From Paracoccaceae bacterium (GTDB taxonomy: Bacteria; Pseudomonadota; Alphaproteobacteria; Rhodobacterales; Rhodobacteraceae), in NCBI GenBank assembly GCA_006844665.1, contig SPJP01000021.1:1-62688 (forward strand): 62,688 bases of DNA, written 5' to 3'. Each line of letters opens with the position of its first letter. The first letter of the stretch is position 1. The notes below the pieces were generated by a model. The model saw only the letters and a list, made by a program, of their open reading frames with translations, did not search any database and was not told the origin of the DNA. A program made the translations under genes and the position numbers. Shown here in pieces: positions 30,600-40,881 of the stretch.

Positions 30600-31184
30600 A
30601 TGGACGGCGATTTTAGAACTCAATTTGTACGAGACCCAGCAGGGCTAAAGCAGCACCCAGCGTTGGTTTTAAACGCAGATTACCGGCCATTGTCTTACTA
30701 CCCTTTGTCCCTGTGGACCTGGCAAGAAGCCATCAAAGCCGCCCTGACGGATCGGGTCACAATTCTGGCAGAATACAACACCACAGTTCGCAGTCAATCG
30801 CTTGAAATTCCAATACCTTCCGTTGTTGTCTTAAGAGATTACGTGAACCCTGTGCGCCGGGTGGCGTTTACCCGTTTTAACCTGTTTTTACGCGACGAGT
30901 TCATGTGCCAATATTGCGGTGCGAAGGGCGATCTAACCTTTGATCACGTGATCCCTCGGGCGCGCGGCGGGCTGACCAGTTGGGAAAACGTGGTTGCGGC
31001 TTGTTCGCCGTGCAACCTGAAAAAGGGGTCCAAGTCGATGCGGCAAGCTGGTATGAACCTACGCAAACCACCTTGCCAACCTGCCGCCGAGGCGTTGCGC
31101 GACACAGGACGGAAATTCCCGCCCAACCATCTGCACGACAGCTGGTTGGATTTTCTATATTGGGACGCCGAGCTGGAAGCCTAG
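30600..31184 (+). CDS. HNH endonuclease
   Basis: LVLNADY, CQYCG, DHVIP and CSPCN. Confidence 0.92.
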   Translation: MDGDFRTQFVRDPAGLKQHPALVLNADYRPLSYYPLSLWTWQEAIKAALTDRVTILAEYNTTVRSQSLEIPIPSVVVLRDYVNPVRRVAFTRFNLFLRDEFMCQYCGAKGDLTFDHVIPRARGGLTSWENVVAACSPCNLKKGSKSMRQAGMNLRKPPCQPAAEALRDTGRKFPPNHLHDSWLDFLYWDAELEA

Positions 31185-31223
31185 CTCTGGACTCTGTCAC
31201 GTCGCGGCGTTACATCGACTGCA

Positions 31224-31235
31224 GTTAGCGCTAAC
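31224..31235. promoter_or_regulatory. LacI-family operator-like palindrome before zwf
   Basis: Perfect 12-bp palindrome GTTAGCGCTAAC with a central CG, 17 nt before the zwf ATG. Confidence 0.65.
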
Positions 31236-31252
31236 ACTGTGAAGGACTGCCA

Positions 31253-32707
31253 ATGGTTACCCGCGTTATTCCCGTAGATCCGTTTGATCTGGTCATTTTT
31301 GGCGGCACTGGGGATCTGGCTAAGCGTAAAATTTTGCCAGGGCTTTACCGCCGTTACCTGTCAGGCCAGATGCCTGTAGAAGCCCAAATCATCGGCGCAG
31401 CACGCGGTGAATTGGATGATGAAGGGTTCCGGGCTCTGGTCACAGAATCGATCGAAACTTTCGTTGCCAAAAGCGAGCAGGATCCAGAGGCGATCAAATC
31501 CTTTGTCGAGCATTGTTCCTACATAAAAGTCGACGCGAAGGGCACGGGTGGCTGGAAAGAACTGGCCTCCAAAGTTCGCCAGAACGTCGTTCAGGCCTAT
31601 TACTTCTCGGTCGCACCTTCGTTGTTCGGGGATCTTGCCAAGGGCTTGCAGGCCAATGGCATGGCCGGGGATAACGCGCGCATTGTTGTGGAAAAACCAT
31701 TCGGCCGAGATCTCGCCACCGCGAAAGAGCTGAACAGCGTGCTGGTCGACGTGTTCGACGAACACCAAATCTACCGGATCGACCATTATCTGGGCAAAGA
31801 AACCGTTCAAAACCTGATGGCTGTCCGGTTTGGCAACGTATTGTTCGAACCTTTGTGGAACTCTCAATATGTGGACCACATTCAGGTCACCGTTGCCGAA
31901 ACCGTGGGCGTCGGGGGCCGTGGCAGCTATTATGACAAATCCGGTGCGATGCGCGATATGGTGCAGAATCATCTGATGCAGCTGTTGTGCCTAATCGCGA
32001 TGGAGCCCCCCAGCAAGTTTGATCCCGATGCTGTGAGGGACGAAAAGCTCAAAGTTATCCGTGCGTTGGACCCGGTGGCCGCTGATGATATCGTGCGCGG
32101 TCAATACCGTTCGGACGGCGACCAGCCAAGCTATCTCGAAGAAGTCGACGACCCTCAAAGTAAAACCGAAAGCTTCTTGGCGTTGAAAATCGGCGTGTCG
32201 AACTGGCGCTGGAACGGCACCCCGTTCTACTTGCGCACTGGCAAGAAAATGAGCGCCCGGATGTCTGAAATCGTGGTGGTCTTCAAGGACCCGCCCCATT
32301 CGATTTTTGGGGAAGAGGCGGGATCAACCCACAACGTCCTGACCATTCGCCTACAACCGGACGAAGGCATGAACCTAAGCGTGACCATCAAAGAACCCGG
32401 CCCGGGCGGTATGCGTTTGATCGAGGTGCCTTTGGACATGAGCTTTGCGGAGGCTCTTGGAACTGACGCCTCTGACATGCCCGACGCCTATGAGCGCCTG
32501 ATCATGGATGTTATTCGCGGCAACCAAACCCTGTTCATGCGCGGGGACGAAGTCGAGGCCGCATGGATGTGGACAGACCCGATCATTAACGGCTGGGACC
32601 GTCGTGGCGACAAGCCTTCACCGTATAAACAGAACAGCTCCGGCCCCGAAGAATCCTTGATGTTGCTGCATCGGGACGGCCGCCGTTGGAGGGATATCGA
32701 CACATGA
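31253..32707 (+). CDS. zwf: Glucose-6-phosphate 1-dehydrogenase
   Basis: GGTGDLA, EKPFG and RIDHYLGKE. Confidence 0.97.
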   Translation: MVTRVIPVDPFDLVIFGGTGDLAKRKILPGLYRRYLSGQMPVEAQIIGAARGELDDEGFRALVTESIETFVAKSEQDPEAIKSFVEHCSYIKVDAKGTGGWKELASKVRQNVVQAYYFSVAPSLFGDLAKGLQANGMAGDNARIVVEKPFGRDLATAKELNSVLVDVFDEHQIYRIDHYLGKETVQNLMAVRFGNVLFEPLWNSQYVDHIQVTVAETVGVGGRGSYYDKSGAMRDMVQNHLMQLLCLIAMEPPSKFDPDAVRDEKLKVIRALDPVAADDIVRGQYRSDGDQPSYLEEVDDPQSKTESFLALKIGVSNWRWNGTPFYLRTGKKMSARMSEIVVVFKDPPHSIFGEEAGSTHNVLTIRLQPDEGMNLSVTIKEPGPGGMRLIEVPLDMSFAEALGTDASDMPDAYERLIMDVIRGNQTLFMRGDEVEAAWMWTDPIINGWDRRGDKPSPYKQNSSGPEESLMLLHRDGRRWRDIDT

Positions 32708-33378
32708 ACCGGATCAATTACCCAGACCGCGAAATGCTGATGATGGCCGTAGCAAATGCGATCACCGGTGACTTGCGTCAGGCTTTGTCCATGTTTGACC
32801 GCGCCAGCCTGTCAATTCCCGGCGGCACAACTCCGGGCCCGGTATTTGACATTCTGTCCAGCGTCGATTTGGATTGGGACAGGGTTGATGTGGTGTTGAA
32901 TGATGAACGCTGGGTCCCCGAAAGCTCGCCCAGATCCAACATGGCATTGGTGCGTGAACGGTTGATTCAGGGGCAGGCGGCCAAGGCAAATCTGATACCA
33001 CTCTATGCGGATTTTGAGACGCCCGAAGAAGGATTGCCCAGCCTAATCAATGATGTAGAGAACGCTCTGCCAATCAATGTTCTGTTGTTGGGAATGGGCG
33101 CTGATATGCACACAGCCTCGCTTTTCCCAGGTGCGGATCAGTTGGAGCTGGCTTTGTCTGACAAAGCCCCGGCATTGTTGGCCATGCGCGCACCCGGCGC
33201 AGCCGAACCCCGTATCACCCTAAGCGCGCCTGTTTTGAAAGGGGCGGACGCCGTCCACATTTTGGTTGCAGGGGCTGAAAAAGATGAGGCTTTGGCTCTG
33301 GCTGAACGGACCGCCAGTGCATTTGATGCGCCGATCAAGACGGTTCTTGATTTGGCAACCATCCATTGGGCCCCCTAG
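32704..33378 (+). CDS. pgl: 6-phosphogluconolactonase
   Basis: GGTTP, DERWV and GMGADMHTASLFP; ATGA overlap with zwf. Confidence 0.95.
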   Translation: MNRINYPDREMLMMAVANAITGDLRQALSMFDRASLSIPGGTTPGPVFDILSSVDLDWDRVDVVLNDERWVPESSPRSNMALVRERLIQGQAAKANLIPLYADFETPEEGLPSLINDVENALPINVLLLGMGADMHTASLFPGADQLELALSDKAPALLAMRAPGAAEPRITLSAPVLKGADAVHILVAGAEKDEALALAERTASAFDAPIKTVLDLATIHWAP

Positions 33379-33381
33379 AGA

Positions 33382-34995
33382 GTGAAAAAGATGGATTTCA
33401 ACTGGACTGATCTGAAAGCGCATAAAGAACGCATTTCAACGACTTCAATTAAAACACTTTTGTCGAATCCCGAACGAGCTGTAGATTTTTCGGCCCGAAG
33501 CGGTGACATGCTGTTCGACTATTCGAAAACCAGCATCGACGAAAAGGCCCGCAACGCCTTGCTCGATCTTGCCCAAGCGGCTCAGGTCGAATCCCGCCGC
33601 GACGCAATGTTTACCGGCGAGCCCATCAACCTGACCGAAGGCCGCGCTGTTTTGCACACTGCTCTGCGGGCCCAATCCGGCCCAATTTTTGTCGACGGTC
33701 AAGATGTTCTGCCAGAAGTTCAGGCAACACGCGCCCAAATGGCTAAATTTGCTGAAACGGTCCGCAATGGAACGTTCCAAGGCCAAGGCGGCAAGATTAC
33801 CGACGTGGTCAATATCGGGATCGGCGGCTCTGACTTAGGCCCGGCCATGGCTTGCATCGCCTTGTCCCCATATGCTGACGGTCCACGCACACATTTTGTG
33901 TCGAACGTCGATGGGGCCCAGATCGCCGACACGCTAAAGGGCCTGGATCCGACCACGACACTCGTGATTGTCGCGTCGAAAACCTTTACGACGATCGAGA
34001 CGATGACCAATGCCGAAACGGCGCGCGTTTGGATGGCTGATCAAGTGGAAACCCCAGGAAATCAAATGGTTGCCCTGTCCACTGCCGGTGACAAAGCCGC
34101 CGCGATGGGCATTTCGGCAGACCGCGTGTTCGGATTTGAAGACTGGGTTGGCGGGCGCTATTCCGTCTGGGGACCAATCGGCCTAAGCCTGATGCTCGCC
34201 ATCGGCCCGGACGAGTTCGATGCCTTCCTGCAAGGCGCCGCAGCAATGGATGATCATTTCCGAACTGCACCATTGGGTGAAAACTTGCCCGTACTTTTGG
34301 CTTTGGTGGGGATCTGGAATCACCAAATATGTGGCCACGCGACCCGAGCAGTTTTGCCCTATGATCAAAGACTTGGCCGATTGCCGGCCTATCTGCAGCA
34401 GTTGGAAATGGAAAGCAACGGCAAGTTCGTTCGCGTCGGCGGCGAAGCGGTGCGCGACACAGTAGGGCCCATCGTCTGGGGCGAACCCGGAACAAACGGG
34501 CAGCACGCCTTTTACCAACTTATTCACCAAGGAAAACAAGTGGTTCCTTGCGAATTTTTGGTCGCGGCAAAGGCCCATGAAGACGCGTTATCCCATCATC
34601 ACCATCTACTTTTGGCCAATTGTCTGGCCCAATCGGAAGCTTTGGTTCTGGGTCGAAGCTTTGACGAAGCAATGGCGCTGATGGCTGCGAAAGGGTTAAC
34701 CGGGGACGAACAAATCCGCCAAGCACGGCACCGAGTGTTCCAGGGCAACCGACCTTCAACCACAATAATCTACCCGAAACTAACCCCATTCGTTCTGGGC
34801 CAAATCATTGCGCTTTATGAACACCGCGTGTTCGTCGAAGGTGTTGTCATGGACATCAACTCTTTCGACCAATGGGGCGTGGAATTGGGCAAAGAGCTGG
34901 CTGTTGCATTGCAGCCTTTGGTCAAAGGCGGGGACGCCAGCGGCAAGGATTGTTCGACCCAAATGCTGCTGAACTACATCAAGGAAAACGGTTAA
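33382..34995 (+). CDS. pgi: Glucose-6-phosphate isomerase
   Basis: [30 protein letters not shown] and DQWGVELGK; start is GTG 33382 or ATG 33391. Confidence 0.97.
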   Translation: MKKMDFNWTDLKAHKERISTTSIKTLLSNPERAVDFSARSGDMLFDYSKTSIDEKARNALLDLAQAAQVESRRDAMFTGEPINLTEGRAVLHTALRAQSGPIFVDGQDVLPEVQATRAQMAKFAETVRNGTFQGQGGKITDVVNIGIGGSDLGPAMACIALSPYADGPRTHFVSNVDGAQIADTLKGLDPTTTLVIVASKTFTTIETMTNAETARVWMADQVETPGNQMVALSTAGDKAAAMGISADRVFGFEDWVGGRYSVWGPIGLSLMLAIGPDEFDAFLQGAAAMDDHFRTAPLGENLPVLLALVGIWNHQICGHATRAVLPYDQRLGRLPAYLQQLEMESNGKFVRVGGEAVRDTVGPIVWGEPGTNGQHAFYQLIHQGKQVVPCEFLVAAKAHEDALSHHHHLLLANCLAQSEALVLGRSFDEAMALMAAKGLTGDEQIRQARHRVFQGNRPSTTIIYPKLTPFVLGQIIALYEHRVFVEGVVMDINSFDQWGVELGKELAVALQPLVKGGDASGKDCSTQMLLNYIKENG

Positions 34996-35462
34996 GCCTT
35001 TGCTGCACCGTCTATTTCGCGAAACTTGGACAGGAGGTCACTGGGCAACACACGCTTGGTGACTCCGTCATTTTCCAACGTCACCATAACGCTGGACCCT
35101 GTTGCTTTGACGCCTTCGGAAAAGCACACATATTCCATAGTAAAGCTGGTGCGCCGAAAGGCGACGGTGCGGGTTGCGATGATGTAGGGCGCATTCAGCA
35201 GCAAGGGCGATAGGTAGTCGATGGCTTGCTGGCGGACTACAGTTTGGGGGTCAGCCGCCTCATCGTTTTTCAATCCCCATGCGCGAAAATAGCGAACGCG
35301 AGCGGTTTCGAACCACCCCACATACGCGACATTATTAACGTGGTTCAGCGCGTCAATTTCGGAAAAGCGCACGATATCTGTGTATCCAAAGGCCCATCGA
35401 CCGGGCACACCGGCTTGGGCAATCTGATCCGGGGTTAACGGTGTCAGAAACGGCACATTCAT
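34992..35462 (-). CDS. Acyl-CoA thioesterase (4HBT family)
   Basis: [14 protein letters not shown]...FETAR motif; start moved to ATG 35462 so the gene does not overlap the tRNA. Confidence 0.88.
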   Translation of the reverse strand: MNVPFLTPLTPDQIAQAGVPGRWAFGYTDIVRFSEIDALNHVNNVAYVGWFETARVRYFRAWGLKNDEAADPQTVVRQQAIDYLSPLLLNAPYIIATRTVAFRRTSFTMEYVCFSEGVKATGSSVMVTLENDGVTKRVLPSDLLSKFREIDGAAKA

Positions 35463-35480
35463 GGCGACCTCGGGAATTGG

Positions 35481-35555
35481 TGGAGCGGGCGATCGGGATC
35501 GAACCGACGACATTCAGCTTGGGAAGCTGACGTTCTACCACTGAACTACGCCCGC
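35481..35555 (-). tRNA. tRNA-Gly(CCC)
   Basis: Reverse complement folds into a cloverleaf: GCGGGCG acceptor stem, TCAGC-TTCCCAA-GCTGA anticodon arm, GGTTCGATCC T-arm, U73 and encoded CCA. Confidence 0.97.
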
Positions 35556-35673
35556 GCTCTTACCGTTCGATAGCCTGCGCACCGCAAAGGGTCAATCCCT
35601 GCTTTTTGTAGGGCGGCTTTGCCTTGCACCCCCGACCATCCACGCTAAGCTGGCCGCAACAAAGGAGCTTTCC

Positions 35674-36552
35674 ATGGCAAAACTAGCGTTTCTCGGTCTC
35701 GGCGTGATGGGGTTTCCCATGGCCGGGCATCTCGTCAAAGCAGGGCACGAGGTCACAGTTTACAACCGGACCGAGGCTAAAGCGAAGGCCTGGGTCGAGA
35801 CCCATGGTGGACAGCATGCGACCACCCCGAAACTGGCCGCCGAGGGTGCTGATTTTGTCATGATTTGCGTTGGCAATGACGATGACCTGCGCTCTGTCGT
35901 CTTGGGTGAAACGGGGGCATTGGCGGGGCTTTCCAGTGGTGCGGTGATTGTGGACCACACCACAGCAAGCGCCGATGTCGCCCGGGAACTGTCTGAAATT
36001 GCGTCTAAAAACGGAATTGGCTTTGTAGATGCGCCGGTATCCGGTGGCCAAGCCGGGGCCGAAAATGGGCAATTGGCTGTGATGTGTGGCGGGTCGCAAA
36101 ACGACTTTGACCAGGCCGAACCAATCATCGCAGCCTATGCCAAAGCGACCGAGCGTTTTGGCGATGTTGGCGCAGGTCAATTGACCAAAATGGTGAACCA
36201 GATCTGCATTGCCGGTCTTGTTCAAGCCATTTCCGAAGGGCTTCATTTCGCCCAAAAAGCGGGCCTCGATGCAAAGGCAGTTGCGCAATTGGTATCCCAA
36301 GGGGCCGGTGGGTCATGGCAATTGACCAATCGAGCCGACACGATGGTAGACGAGAAGTTCGACTACGGATTTGCGGTCGATTGGATGCGAAAAGACCTCG
36401 GTATAGCTTTGGATCAAGCCAAAGACATGCACGTTTCTTTGCCCGTTACGGCCATGGTCGACCAATTCTACGGCGATGTCCAAGCCATGGGCGGCCAGAG
36501 ATGGGACACATCCAGCTTGATCCAACGTTTGCGGAGGTTGCAAGGCGTATGA
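35674..36552 (+). CDS. NAD(P)-dependent beta-hydroxyacid dehydrogenase (3-hydroxyisobutyrate dehydrogenase / tartronate semialdehyde reductase family)
   Basis: FLGLGVMG, DAPVSGG, KMVNQ and F...WMRKDL. Confidence 0.9.
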   Translation: MAKLAFLGLGVMGFPMAGHLVKAGHEVTVYNRTEAKAKAWVETHGGQHATTPKLAAEGADFVMICVGNDDDLRSVVLGETGALAGLSSGAVIVDHTTASADVARELSEIASKNGIGFVDAPVSGGQAGAENGQLAVMCGGSQNDFDQAEPIIAAYAKATERFGDVGAGQLTKMVNQICIAGLVQAISEGLHFAQKAGLDAKAVAQLVSQGAGGSWQLTNRADTMVDEKFDYGFAVDWMRKDLGIALDQAKDMHVSLPVTAMVDQFYGDVQAMGGQRWDTSSLIQRLRRLQGV

Positions 36553-37799
36553 GTGTCAATCCTGACCAATTTCTCCGCTCTCTGTTTGACGCTGCCGTTG
36601 CGGCTGCCGATCCTGGGCTAAGCATACCTTCAGTTTTGCCCGAACGCCCTGCAGGCCGCGTCCTTGTGGTCGGCGGCGGTAAAGCATCTGCCCGAATGGC
36701 CCAAGCGGTCGAGTCTTGTTGGGGCCCGTGCGAAGGCTTGGTCATCGTGCCCCATGGGTCTGTTTTGCCGACGCAAGGCATTGAAATTGTTGAAGGGGCT
36801 CATCCTGTCCCTGATGCCGCGGGCAGTGCGGCTGCTTCGCGAATGTTGGACATGGTATCTAACGTTCAAGAAGGCGATCTTGTGCTGTGCCTGATCTCGG
36901 GCGGTGGATCATCGTTGATGGCAGCCCCCGGCGCTGGCCTAAGTTTGGCCGATAAACAAGCCGTGAACGCAGCATTGTTGGCCTCGGGCGCTCCGATATC
37001 GGACATGAATGTTGTGCGAAAGCATCTGTCGTCCATCAAAGGAGGCAGGCTGGCGGCGGCGGCTTATCCGGCCAAAGTCATAACCTTGACGATTTCGGAC
37101 GTTCCCGGTGATGACATGTCTATTATTGCGTCTGGCCCCACTGTGCCTGATCCAAGCTCTGCCAAAGATGCGCGGGATATTATTGAACGGTATCAGCTGG
37201 ATCTTCCGAAAGCTGTACAGGACTTCATAATTTCAGAAGCAGCTGAAACCCCAGATCCTGGCCACCCTGTTTTCACGGATGCCCAATCCTTCATGGTGGC
37301 GGCTCCACAAGCGTCGCTTCTGGCGGCTGCGAAGGTTGCCAAAGATCACGGGATCACCCCCATCCTGCTGGGCGACGCACTGGAAGGGGAAGCGGCCGAG
37401 CTTGGCAAAGCCATGGCGGGGATCGCGGCTAGCTGTCTGCGCCATGGTCACCCGGTTAAAGGGCCGGCTGTCCTGATTTCAGGGGGCGAGACCACAGTGA
37501 CCGTGCGCGACAAAGCTGGGGCCGGGGGGCGCAACACGGAATTCCTATTGTCCTTTGCCCTGAATGCACCGGAAGGTATCAGTGCTATTGCTTGCGATAC
37601 CGACGGTATCGACGGCAAATCCGATGCGGCAGGTGGGATTTGGACGCCTGATATTGCTAAGGCTGCGGCGGCGCTCGACGGCAAAGCCTTTTTGGCTGGC
37701 CATGACAGCTACAACTTTTTCGGGCCAGCGGGCGGGCTTGTGATTACCGGTCCGACCCACACCAATGTGAACGATTTTCGCGCGGTCTTTATCCCTTAG
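36549..37799 (+). CDS. Glycerate kinase type 2 (MOFRL/TtuD family)
   Basis: GGGKA, LISGGGS, SDVPGD, GGETTV, GGRNTE and TNVND; ATGA overlap. Confidence 0.9.
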   Translation: MSVNPDQFLRSLFDAAVAAADPGLSIPSVLPERPAGRVLVVGGGKASARMAQAVESCWGPCEGLVIVPHGSVLPTQGIEIVEGAHPVPDAAGSAAASRMLDMVSNVQEGDLVLCLISGGGSSLMAAPGAGLSLADKQAVNAALLASGAPISDMNVVRKHLSSIKGGRLAAAAYPAKVITLTISDVPGDDMSIIASGPTVPDPSSAKDARDIIERYQLDLPKAVQDFIISEAAETPDPGHPVFTDAQSFMVAAPQASLLAAAKVAKDHGITPILLGDALEGEAAELGKAMAGIAASCLRHGHPVKGPAVLISGGETTVTVRDKAGAGGRNTEFLLSFALNAPEGISAIACDTDGIDGKSDAAGGIWTPDIAKAAAALDGKAFLAGHDSYNFFGPAGGLVITGPTHTNVNDFRAVFIP

Positions 37800-37862
37800 A
37801 CCGCGCGCCAACTTGTCGAATCGGGCATATTTTTGATCAATTGTGCATATCGAAAATTGTCT

Positions 37863-39902
37863 CTAACCCCGGCGACGCCTGCGTCCACCGCCTTCGCGGT
37901 TTGCATTTTGGTTGAAACTCACCACAGGCAGATCGACGATTTTGGCCAGCTCGGGGAACGGATCGGTTGCGTGGGGCACAGCATTTGCCGCTACAAAATG
38001 TTCTTGGAACTTCGGCTCGATCGCGGTTTCCACCTTGTGAATTTCGTGGACAACGTCCTCGATCCGGCGGCGGGCGGCGACATTGCACAAGGCGATCCGC
38101 GCACCGGTTCCAGCCGCATTCCCGGCCGAGGTGACTTTGTCCAGCGGCACATCAGGGATCATGCCAAGCACCATCGCGTGCTTGGGCGAGATATGGGCCC
38201 CAAACGCCCCGGCCAGGGTCACACGGTCCACTTTGTCGACGCCCATTTCGTCCATCAACAACCGCGCTCCCGCGTAAAGTGCTGATTTCGCAAGCTGAAT
38301 TGCCCTTATGTCGCCCTGGGTGACGGTGATCAATGGCCCGTCCACATCGCGGCCATCGTGCAGTACATAAGCATGGGTACGCCCTTCGGCGATGCACAAA
38401 GCTGTCCCCGTTTGCTCGGCCGAACCGATCAGGCCTGACGGATCCATCAACCCAGCCATGCGCATTTCCGCCACCGCTTCGATGATGCCGGACCCGCAAA
38501 TGCCGGTGATGCCGCCTTGGCCCACGGCCTCGGTAAATCCGTCCTCGTCGGACCAAAGCTCGGTCCCGATGACGCGAAAACGGGGGGTTTTGGTGACGGG
38601 ATCAATCTCGACCCGTTCGATCGCACCGGGGGCCGCCCTTTGTCCCGAACTGATCTGCGCCCCTTCAAATGCGGGGCCGGTAGGGCTGGAGCAGGCGAGG
38701 GTTTTTTCGGTGTTGCCCAGCAGAATTTCCGCGTTGGTTCCAACATCAACAACCAGAACCAAGTCTTTGGAAAGGTTTGGTTCTTCGCTTAATGCGACGG
38801 CTGCCGCATCTGCCCCTACATGGCCGGCGATACATGGCAGGATATAGACCTGTGCCGCCTTGTTCAGCGCGTCCAGATCCAGATCACGCGCGTCCAGCTC
38901 CATATGGCTAGAGGTCCCAAGTGCGAAGGGGGCTTGGCCCAATTCCACCGGATCGATGCCCAAAAGCAGATGGTGCATGACCGGGTTGCAGACGAAAACC
39001 GCCTCCATCACTGCGTCGGCTTCGATCCCTGCCTCGGACGCGACCTCGACCGTTAGGGCGTTGATCGCGTCGCGTACCGCTTTGGTCATTTCCACATCGC
39101 CGCCTGGGTTCATCATCACATAAGACACGCGGCTCATTAGGTCTTCGCCAAAGCGGATTTGCGGGTTCATCACCCCGGCCGAGGTCAGCACATCCCCAGT
39201 GCGCAAGTCACATAAATGCGCCGCAATAGTTGTTGATCCCAGGTCCACCGCCAACCCGTAGATCGAGCCTTCATAGTAGCCAGGCCAAAGCTTCAACAGC
39301 CTTGCCGGGCCGCCAACGCGCCCTTGATGCACGGCGACGGTTACGGACCATTTCTCTTTGCGTAGAATGGGTTGCAGGGTGGTCAGGACGCGCAGATCGC
39401 AGGTCAAAGGCGGCAACCCAAAGCCGTCGGTTAAGGCCAGAGACAACCGTTCCAGGTCGCCCGAAGGTTCATGCATATCGGGTTCTTGAACCTCGACATA
39501 GTAAAGCTTTGTGGCCGGATCCATGGTGATTTCGCGGATCGAGGCCGCCTTGCGAACCACCTGCTTGTGCACCTGGCTTTCGGGCGGCACGTCCACCACG
39601 ATATCGCCCTGAACCGTGGCCTGGCAGCCCAAACGCCGCCCGTCAATCAGGCCGCGTTTGGATTTGTAGCGTTCTTCGACCGCGTTCCATTCGGAAAGCG
39701 CCTCGGGCTGGGACACGACCCCATGCTTTGGAAAATCGCCATAGGCCGGGGCGATCTGGCACTTGGAACAGATGCCGCGCCCGCCGCAGACCGAGTCCAG
39801 ATCGACCCCAAGTTGGCGCGCCGCCGTCAGGATAGGAGTGCCAACTGGGAAGGTCCCGCGCTTGCCGGACGGGGTAAAGATCACAAGGGGATCGGTGCTC
39901 AT
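37863..39902 (-). CDS. ASKHA-domain reductive activator of corrinoid proteins (RACo/RamA-like) with N-terminal 2Fe-2S ferredoxin domain
   Basis: CGGRGICSKC...RLGCQ, DLGSTT, DVGTNAE, GPAFEG, GICGSG and AGAFG. Confidence 0.92.
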   Translation of the reverse strand: MSTDPLVIFTPSGKRGTFPVGTPILTAARQLGVDLDSVCGGRGICSKCQIAPAYGDFPKHGVVSQPEALSEWNAVEERYKSKRGLIDGRRLGCQATVQGDIVVDVPPESQVHKQVVRKAASIREITMDPATKLYYVEVQEPDMHEPSGDLERLSLALTDGFGLPPLTCDLRVLTTLQPILRKEKWSVTVAVHQGRVGGPARLLKLWPGYYEGSIYGLAVDLGSTTIAAHLCDLRTGDVLTSAGVMNPQIRFGEDLMSRVSYVMMNPGGDVEMTKAVRDAINALTVEVASEAGIEADAVMEAVFVCNPVMHHLLLGIDPVELGQAPFALGTSSHMELDARDLDLDALNKAAQVYILPCIAGHVGADAAAVALSEEPNLSKDLVLVVDVGTNAEILLGNTEKTLACSSPTGPAFEGAQISSGQRAAPGAIERVEIDPVTKTPRFRVIGTELWSDEDGFTEAVGQGGITGICGSGIIEAVAEMRMAGLMDPSGLIGSAEQTGTALCIAEGRTHAYVLHDGRDVDGPLITVTQGDIRAIQLAKSALYAGARLLMDEMGVDKVDRVTLAGAFGAHISPKHAMVLGMIPDVPLDKVTSAGNAAGTGARIALCNVAARRRIEDVVHEIHKVETAIEPKFQEHFVAANAVPHATDPFPELAKIVDLPVVSFNQNANREGGGRRRRRG

Positions 39903-39941
39903 GTCAGCCTCTAAGACTATAAAAACGTTGGAAAAACAGGG

Positions 39942-40574
39942 CTACCCCTGCATGATATTGATGCCAAAGATCCACACAGCCAGCGGAATGGGGCTGACGG
40001 CCAGAGCCAGGGTTAGAATGGTCGCGCGGGGTGAAAACAGCCGCGTTAACCCTGCCACGATCATGATGCCGCCGCCGCCGCCAATCAGGGATGAACCGGG
40101 CAGATTTATCAATCCGGCCAGCAAAAAATAGCGGTACTTGATCGAAATCGGGCCCATCCATTGCGGAAGTCGAGCTTGTAAAAGCGCCAGACGCTCGGCC
40201 TGGGGAAGGGGCGTAATCTGCTCGATCATGCGGCCTAGCCGGACCAATCGCAGGTCGATGGCCAGGGATTGAAGAACTCGATATGGGGTCAGCCGCCCGA
40301 TGAAATAGGCAAGTAGCAGCCCCAGCACTGTGGCGATATAGATCGGTAAAACCAATTCCGGGCCGCGCAACATCATCAGGCTGACAGCGATTTCGATGCC
40401 TGGGACGAAGGGAATGGAAATCAGAACCGCGTAAACTGCCAACAGCGCCAGCAGAAAGCCGATTTGAGCCCATGGGCGTGAACCGTCTGCGGGCTTTAGC
40501 ACATAAATAGACCAGTCGAGCGCTTGGTAGATCATCCACACAACGACGCCAATCACCAACAGTCGCACGGCCAT
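39942..40574 (-). CDS. Hypothetical membrane protein (DedA/TVP38-like)
   Basis: ISIPFVPG and NLPG..GGGGG motifs, several TM helices; start uncertain. Confidence 0.65.
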   Translation of the reverse strand: MAVRLLVIGVVVWMIYQALDWSIYVLKPADGSRPWAQIGFLLALLAVYAVLISIPFVPGIEIAVSLMMLRGPELVLPIYIATVLGLLLAYFIGRLTPYRVLQSLAIDLRLVRLGRMIEQITPLPQAERLALLQARLPQWMGPISIKYRYFLLAGLINLPGSSLIGGGGGIMIVAGLTRLFSPRATILTLALAVSPIPLAVWIFGINIMQG

Positions 40575-40780
40575 CCGTGCAATTGACGTGGGCCAGTTTG
40601 GCGGCTGGGACGTTGGTGGTGGCGTTGTGATCTGGTCGCTCCGATTGATGTGCTTGCTTCAAAAGACAGTGGCAGCAAACCGGCAGCGTCGCTAGGCGCG
40701 ATTGGGCCAAATTTGCGTGTCTGTGCAAAAAGTGATGGGTCAGCGGCCGGTTTTGAACAATCCGAAAGCAATTCAATGCG

Positions 40781-40813
40781 CCAAAGGGCACCCCGTTGTG
40801 GGGCGCCCTTTGG
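40781..40813 (-). terminator. Stem-loop after the methyltransferase gene
   Basis: CCAAAGGGCACCCC-GTTGT-GGGGCGCCCTTTGG. Confidence 0.6.
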
Positions 40814-40881
40814 ACGTTTTGCCGAATGGCTAGAATGCTTTGGTCACTCATCAAGCGGATCAAAAGCCTTTATTTGTTGGA

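Noticed and set aside
30600-31184. HNH gene as a defence or mobile nuclease
   Set aside because: Sits among housekeeping genes with no methylase, repeats or mobility genes nearby.
35478-35555. tRNA-Gly as a possible integration site (CCACCA at the 3' end)
   Set aside because: No integrase and no duplicated tRNA 3' end were seen in the window; the flanks are housekeeping genes.
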